DNA from: Prevotella sp.
GTDB lineage: Bacteria > Bacteroidota > Bacteroidia > Bacteroidales > Bacteroidaceae
Reading direction: 5' to 3'
DNA length: 64,000 nucleotides
Assembly (NCBI GenBank): GCA_041855685.1
Contig: JBHAEQ010000035.1
Coordinates: forward strand, 63,151 to 127,150
Within the stretch, counting starts at the first letter, position 1. Every line of letters starts with the position of its first letter. This document shows positions 59,415 through 64,000 of the stretch, in pieces. The position numbers were made by a program, and so were the translations under genes. The notes beneath the pieces were generated by a model. That model did not search any database and had not been told where the DNA came from. It was given only the letters and a program-made list of their open reading frames with translations.

Positions 59415-59682
59415 TTTGATTACATTACAATTACTTCCAAACTACCACCACAAGCGTGACAGTACCACTGTCCGCCTATAGGAGGGGACAGAGAAAAGAT
59501 ATTGCTATACCAAACTGTAGGCGTACTGATAGATAACAATCGTGTAACTACTCAGCAATAAAGATTATAGGGTGTTATTGAGAGTCAGTGAGTTACAAGA
59601 GTGGGTATATGAAAATTTTGGCAAATAGTATCATTTCTGAGCATTCTACTATAATAGTAAGTCTGCAAGTTTCTGATATTCA

Positions 59683-60209
59683 ATGCCTATGATTGCTAAG
59701 TAGTTACCTTCGTGTCAACAAAATGAAAATGTTGAAACTTTGTTATCGTCCGAAGATATTGTATGCGAAATTGGTTTTATTCACCCAAACCTAAACTCTG
59801 TTAACACACGTTCTATTGTTGATACTGATATTTTAGGCGCAGGAACCACTTTTGATCTTGTTGCCAGAATTGTGCGCCCAAAAACAGGTTGCAAAAAGGA
59901 CTCGGTTTGTGCGATGTCAGAATAATAGAGGGACCGATTCCAAGTCCTACTCCAGATTCAGAGGTTATAACCAGAGCATCTTCTGTGAAAAATGATAAAT
60001 ATGATTGTATTACGACTTGTAAATTTGATAATACAGGAAAGGGTGTAGCCTATTTCATATTAAGAGGGTCTCCAAGCAATCTGGGATTAGCAGTGGAAAC
60101 TATGCCTCCGGTCTGTGTTGACGAAGAAAGGCAGTTCAATCCTTATCATTCTTTTCGCAAGGGTAAATATATATGCAGTTATACTTCGCTTGTCGATATA
60201 AGAAAGTGA
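59683..60209 (+). pseudogene. Decayed gene remnant, possibly a lipoprotein
   Basis: MPMIAK*LPSCQQNENVETL... open to 59925, overlapping a second frame 59889-60209; no family recognised. Confidence 0.35.
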
Positions 60210-60223
60210 TATTATAAAATGTG

Positions 60224-60256
60224 GAGGAGGCACTTCAAAATGTGAAGTACCTCCTC
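60224..60256. terminator. Hairpin between the island remnant and the TonB receptor 3' end
   Basis: GAGGAGGCACTTCA-aaatg-TGAAGTACCTCCTC. Confidence 0.75.
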
Positions 60257-60344
60257 TGTATTAATATTGCTGCTTAGTATATCAGTTTCCCGATTATTAT
60301 TATCCCCAAATCATTAAACAGCAGATTTAATCCTTATGCTTTTC

Positions 60345-62693
60345 TTAGAATGTAACTCTTGTGCCGAGTGTCATGGTTCTTGGTGCTCCCCAGTATCCTC
60401 TGAATGAGTCAAGGTCGTGAGTGGAACCGTCGGTTCCACGCTCTATATATGAAGCATCAAGCAGGTTGTTGCATGTTGCGAATATGTTTATGCGTACATT
60501 GTCTGATACAGAGCCTTCCCAGCCGAATGTAGCATTAATAAGGTCATAAGCTGGTAATCGGTAGGCATCTTGAGCATCGGCTTTGGTGCGCGTTGATGGT
60601 TCAAAGTCGGCATACATGCGGGCATTGTGTTGCCAATCCAAATGAATGTATATTCCTTTGTACAAGCGGGCATCAGCTTGTGCGCCGAATTGTGTCTGTG
60701 GTGCATCTCCTACATGGAGTCCGTTGCTGTGAATAGAATATTCCTTGAGAGTTTCGCCGCTATATGAGTCGTAAATGATTGCATCGCCATTGCTTTTCCA
60801 TTTCCACGATGCTATCATGGCGTATGCTTTCAGCTTTAGCCAGCTTGCAGCTTGCTGGTAGGCAGAAATTTCTATTCCCTTGTGAAGGGCGTTGAGTCCT
60901 GTTATCTGGTATTTTTCCGTCGCTTCGTTGGCACGCTTTGCAAGGCTTACGGTAAGAGTCTTGTCTTTCCAAGAGGCAATATAGACTGAGGCTTCAAGTC
61001 CGCCGTCGTTCCATGATGTTCGTAGTCCTATTTCGCCGAGTATGTTCTTTTCGTTGGTGACATCTTTGGTTATTGACAGGTTGCTTGATGAGAGATATAC
61101 ACTGGCATAAGGCAGTCGGCTGCTGTAACCTGCATTGGCAAACACATCAACAGAAGGTGTTGAGGGCGTTGTTTGCATCAGGTGATAGAGAATGCCAGCT
61201 TTTATGCTTCCTCCCCAGCCGTGTGCCCATGCACTCTTTTTGCCTGTTATGTCGTTATGTCGTCGATAGTTTCCGTTGAACACTGCTGCTCCCAATGTGG
61301 TGCTTAAACTGCGGTTATTGTATTTTGCTTGTATGAATGCCGATGTGTGGTGGGTAGTTCTTCCATATCGGGCACCGGTGTAGTCACCTATTCCCACATT
61401 CTTCTTCGTAGTGCTGTCATACCAGTAGTCGCCACCGAGAAGGTCGAGAACTTTCATCTTTGACCATGTGTCGTAGTATTGATATTGCATTCCTACGGAG
61501 AGAGTTGCCTCGTTGGTGAGTTTGTAATCTCCCGAAACAATAGCTCCTGCCTGTGTATGTCCTGATAGATAGTCTATCAGTATGTTGTTTGACGCATTGC
61601 CTTCAGCAGTGGCGTTATTGCTGTTCTCCTCTATTACAGAGTTGAAGTCAATATGCCCATCGGCTGTTTGGTGGGCTATTATGCTCTTTTTGCCATATTG
61701 TCCGTATGTAGATCTGCCTCCTCCGTTGGCAATAGCCATGTAGATGGAGTTTTTCATTGAGAAGCGGCTGCCGTCGAGCAGATGCTGCAATGTGAAATAA
61801 GGTTTGTGATAATGATTGCGTGCTATGGAGTATTTGCTGCCGTAAAGATAGCCCCAGTTCTTGGAATATCCGCGTCCGAATCTGCTTATCTCGTCGGCAC
61901 TAAGCTCTGTATTGCGTTGGTCGTGCTCTTCGGGTGAGCCCAAAGCTGTGAATACTAAAGTGTTGGCGGCATTGAGCTGTTTGCTTGCAGAGAGCATGTA
62001 GGAAAATGTTTCTACGTCTGACACCTCTACGAACCCTTTGCCTTGTGTATATGAGAGCATGAGGTCAACATTCCAGTTGTCAGGTAGTTTGCCAGAAGAA
62101 AAGTTTAGCACTCCTTTGGTAAGTCCGTATTCTGTAGTTGTCAATCCGAATGAGCCGTTGGGATTTTCTCTGCCGGTCTTGGTTATTATGTTTACAAGTC
62201 CGCCCATTGATGTGTCGGCAAGCATTGAACCTCCTATGCCTTTCTGAATCTGTACGGCATAAGTTGCATCTGCCAATCCCATCCAGTTGCTCCAATACAT
62301 TGAGCCTGATGTGAGTCCTTGAATAGGAATGCCGTTAAGCATTATGGCAATGTTGTCCTGTTTGAAACCTCTCATGTTGAGCGAGGCATCGCCATAGCTT
62401 CCTGTTGTCGAGGTGGCATAGACTCCGGGTACGCCTTGCATCATCTCCACATAGTTGGGAGCAGCGGCATGCAGCCTGATATCACGTGGAGTGATAGTGG
62501 TCAGGGTGAGCGGTGTCACCTCTTCTTTACTAAAGTTTACACGAACCGATACCTCCTGAAGAGTAATAGGTGTATCGTTTGATAGAGAAACATGTACGGC
62601 ATCGTTTGTGCCGTCTTTCTTGCCTGTGCCCTCGGCACCTGCAAGTTGTGTGGACATAATCATGCCCAGCAAAACAACAAACTTTTTCATCAT
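60345..62693 (-). CDS. TonB-dependent receptor, non-SusC; candidate riboflavin/flavin transporter
   Basis: Signal peptide, plug GSYGDASLNMRGFKQDNIAIMLNGIP...YWSNW, terminal GTRVTF; directly under an FMN riboswitch. Confidence 0.9.
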   Translation of the reverse strand: MMKKFVVLLGMIMSTQLAGAEGTGKKDGTNDAVHVSLSNDTPITLQEVSVRVNFSKEEVTPLTLTTITPRDIRLHAAAPNYVEMMQGVPGVYATSTTGSYGDASLNMRGFKQDNIAIMLNGIPIQGLTSGSMYWSNWMGLADATYAVQIQKGIGGSMLADTSMGGLVNIITKTGRENPNGSFGLTTTEYGLTKGVLNFSSGKLPDNWNVDLMLSYTQGKGFVEVSDVETFSYMLSASKQLNAANTLVFTALGSPEEHDQRNTELSADEISRFGRGYSKNWGYLYGSKYSIARNHYHKPYFTLQHLLDGSRFSMKNSIYMAIANGGGRSTYGQYGKKSIIAHQTADGHIDFNSVIEENSNNATAEGNASNNILIDYLSGHTQAGAIVSGDYKLTNEATLSVGMQYQYYDTWSKMKVLDLLGGDYWYDSTTKKNVGIGDYTGARYGRTTHHTSAFIQAKYNNRSLSTTLGAAVFNGNYRRHNDITGKKSAWAHGWGGSIKAGILYHLMQTTPSTPSVDVFANAGYSSRLPYASVYLSSSNLSITKDVTNEKNILGEIGLRTSWNDGGLEASVYIASWKDKTLTVSLAKRANEATEKYQITGLNALHKGIEISAYQQAASWLKLKAYAMIASWKWKSNGDAIIYDSYSGETLKEYSIHSNGLHVGDAPQTQFGAQADARLYKGIYIHLDWQHNARMYADFEPSTRTKADAQDAYRLPAYDLINATFGWEGSVSDNVRINIFATCNNLLDASYIERGTDGSTHDLDSFRGYWGAPRTMTLGTRVTF

Positions 62694-62694
62694 T

Positions 62695-62803
62695 TTCTTC
62701 TTTCATCCAGACTTTAACTGTCGGTACCGTAGTTGCAACGGTTCGGCCTTATGGCTTGCGGACTATACCGCCGATCGGGAATTGCACCCTGCCCTGAAGA
62801 GTT
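62695..62803 (-). ncRNA. FMN riboswitch (RFN element)
   Basis: Minus strand UCUUCAGGGCAGGGUGCAAUUCCCGAUCGGCGGUAUAGUCCGC...CCGACAGUUAAAGUCUGGAUGAAAGAAGA matches the RFN consensus; P1 UCUUC/GAAGA. Confidence 0.96.
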
Positions 62804-62822
62804 AATATATAAAATTCGACTG

Positions 62823-62990
62823 CAAAGTTACGCTTTATTTGTAAGAAACACAAGTTATATGTAGATAAAAGTACTGTAATTATGTTGAAATCCTGCGTTG
62901 TATCATTAATTCGTATGTGGAAAAGGTTAATCAAAACAAAGGAAAAGCAGGTAATCGCTTTGCTGTTGTCAGAAAGTTTTGTTATCTTTG
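62823..62990. promoter_or_regulatory. Divergent promoters: minus TAACTTTG (62830-62823) for riboswitch-TBDT, plus TATCTTTG (62983-62990) for the M6 protease
   Basis: Exact -7 consensus boxes at the expected distances. Confidence 0.72.
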
Positions 62991-63012
62991 CATCAAATTA
63001 TATACATTTTTT

Positions 63013-64000
63013 ATGAGGAAGCAATTTACGGTAATACTTTTTATGTTTTGCACCATGTTGATGGCAAGTCCTGCTTTGAAGCAGTGGATTACAGTTACCA
63101 TGAATGACGGAACACAAATGAAGGTAATGCTTATTGGCGATGAATGGGGGCATTATTTCATTGCAGAGAATGGAAAGTATGTTGACGAACTTGATAACGG
63201 CACCTTCCATTATATCGATAATGCCATTGTTGAACGCAGAAAAGCTGTGCAGCGTAAAGCTCATATGCGGGCAGAGGCAAGAAGAAAATCAAGAAGTAAT
63301 GTACGAAAAGTTTCAGTACAGAACGATAGAGCACCACATTATATGAATTACCGTGGTGAAAAGCATGGCATTGTTATTCTTGCAGAGTTTTCTGATAAGG
63401 CGTTTTATAGTACAGAAACAGAATCAGCCAAAGCATATTACAATGCAATGTTGAATGAAGAAGGTTATAATGTGAATGGTGCTCCGGGTAGTGTTCATGA
63501 TTATTTCTGCGATATGAGCACAAATCTTTTTAGTCTCAAGTTTGATATTTTTGGTCCTGTTACTCTGAGTAAGAGTGCAACCTATTATGGAGGTACATCT
63601 TCTGGTGATTTGGAAGGTTTGGAATTTGTAGGAGAATTTATAACAGAGTCGGTTACCATTGCTGACAGTTTATTTGATATAGACTGGACAAAATATGACT
63701 GGGACGATGATGGCGAGGTAGATCAAGTGTTTGTCCTTTATGCAGGTTATGGCAGGGCAACAAATGGTCCGAAAGGTTCTATCTGGCCTCACGAATATAC
63801 TCTTACTGGTGTGAAGACAGACTTCAATACAGGTGGTGGTGCAATCATTCTTGATGAAGTAAAGATTGATACCTATGGGTGCAGTAATGAACTTGTTGGA
63901 AGAAGCGGCACAAAGAAAATGGGATTAGGCACCTTCTGTCATGAGTTCTCTCACTGCATGGGGCTTCCCGATACCTACAGCATGTCGGGTGATATGGATA
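63013..64000 (+). CDS. M6 family metalloprotease (immune inhibitor A-like); partial, runs off the window end
   Basis: MRKQFTVILFMFCTMLMASPA signal, DGTQ..V.LIGDE, VILAEFSD, IWPH and GTFCHEFSHCMGLPD (HExxH) in frame from 63013. Confidence 0.93.
   Translation, partial: MRKQFTVILFMFCTMLMASPALKQWITVTMNDGTQMKVMLIGDEWGHYFIAENGKYVDELDNGTFHYIDNAIVERRKAVQRKAHMRAEARRKSRSNVRKVSVQNDRAPHYMNYRGEKHGIVILAEFSDKAFYSTETESAKAYYNAMLNEEGYNVNGAPGSVHDYFCDMSTNLFSLKFDIFGPVTLSKSATYYGGTSSGDLEGLEFVGEFITESVTIADSLFDIDWTKYDWDDDGEVDQVFVLYAGYGRATNGPKGSIWPHEYTLTGVKTDFNTGGGAIILDEVKIDTYGCSNELVGRSGTKKMGLGTFCHEFSHCMGLPDTYSMSGDMD

Noticed and set aside
55799-60316. Intact mobile element or T6SS locus
   Set aside because: No integrase, transposase, VgrG, PAAR or Hcp; only decayed cargo is visible.
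1-64000. tRNA, rRNA, prophage, defence-system or reverse-transcriptase genes; the many short overlapping ORFs in the track
   Set aside because: No cloverleaf, rRNA or hallmark motifs were seen. The short ORFs overlap well-supported genes in other frames or strands.

Overview
A Bacteroidales (Prevotella-like) chromosomal window, judged from repeated TAnnTTTG promoter boxes, SusC/SusD pairs and T9SS-type C-termini. A core backbone (purL, chrA pair, acyltransferase, ddl-rluD-PASTA-rpmH, efp-GT2-radC-lpxH, murF) is interleaved with accessory blocks. These are a nigD/ECF-sigma/dual-membrane anti-sigma locus, a fructan PUL run by a hybrid-two-component-like regulator that has lost its kinase and receiver, and an ECF/FecR PUL. 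That second PUL encodes an NlpC/P60-like lipoprotein, a FISUMP/T9SS protein, two GH109-like enzymes, an S9 peptidase, a GH36 and an adjacent tatA-tatC. After it come a decayed Rhs toxin locus with an intact immunity gene and an FMN-riboswitch-controlled TonB-dependent receptor. Features missing from the ORF track include a partial GH13 alpha-amylase, rpmH, a partial M6 protease, two tandem ~27-aa ORFs with matching leader hairpins, and an orphan ~78-nt promoter-terminator unit whose predicted first 9 nt are complementary to the motif in those leader loops. No rRNA, tRNA, CRISPR array, integrase or transposase was seen. All assignments come from reading motifs by eye; no searches were run.
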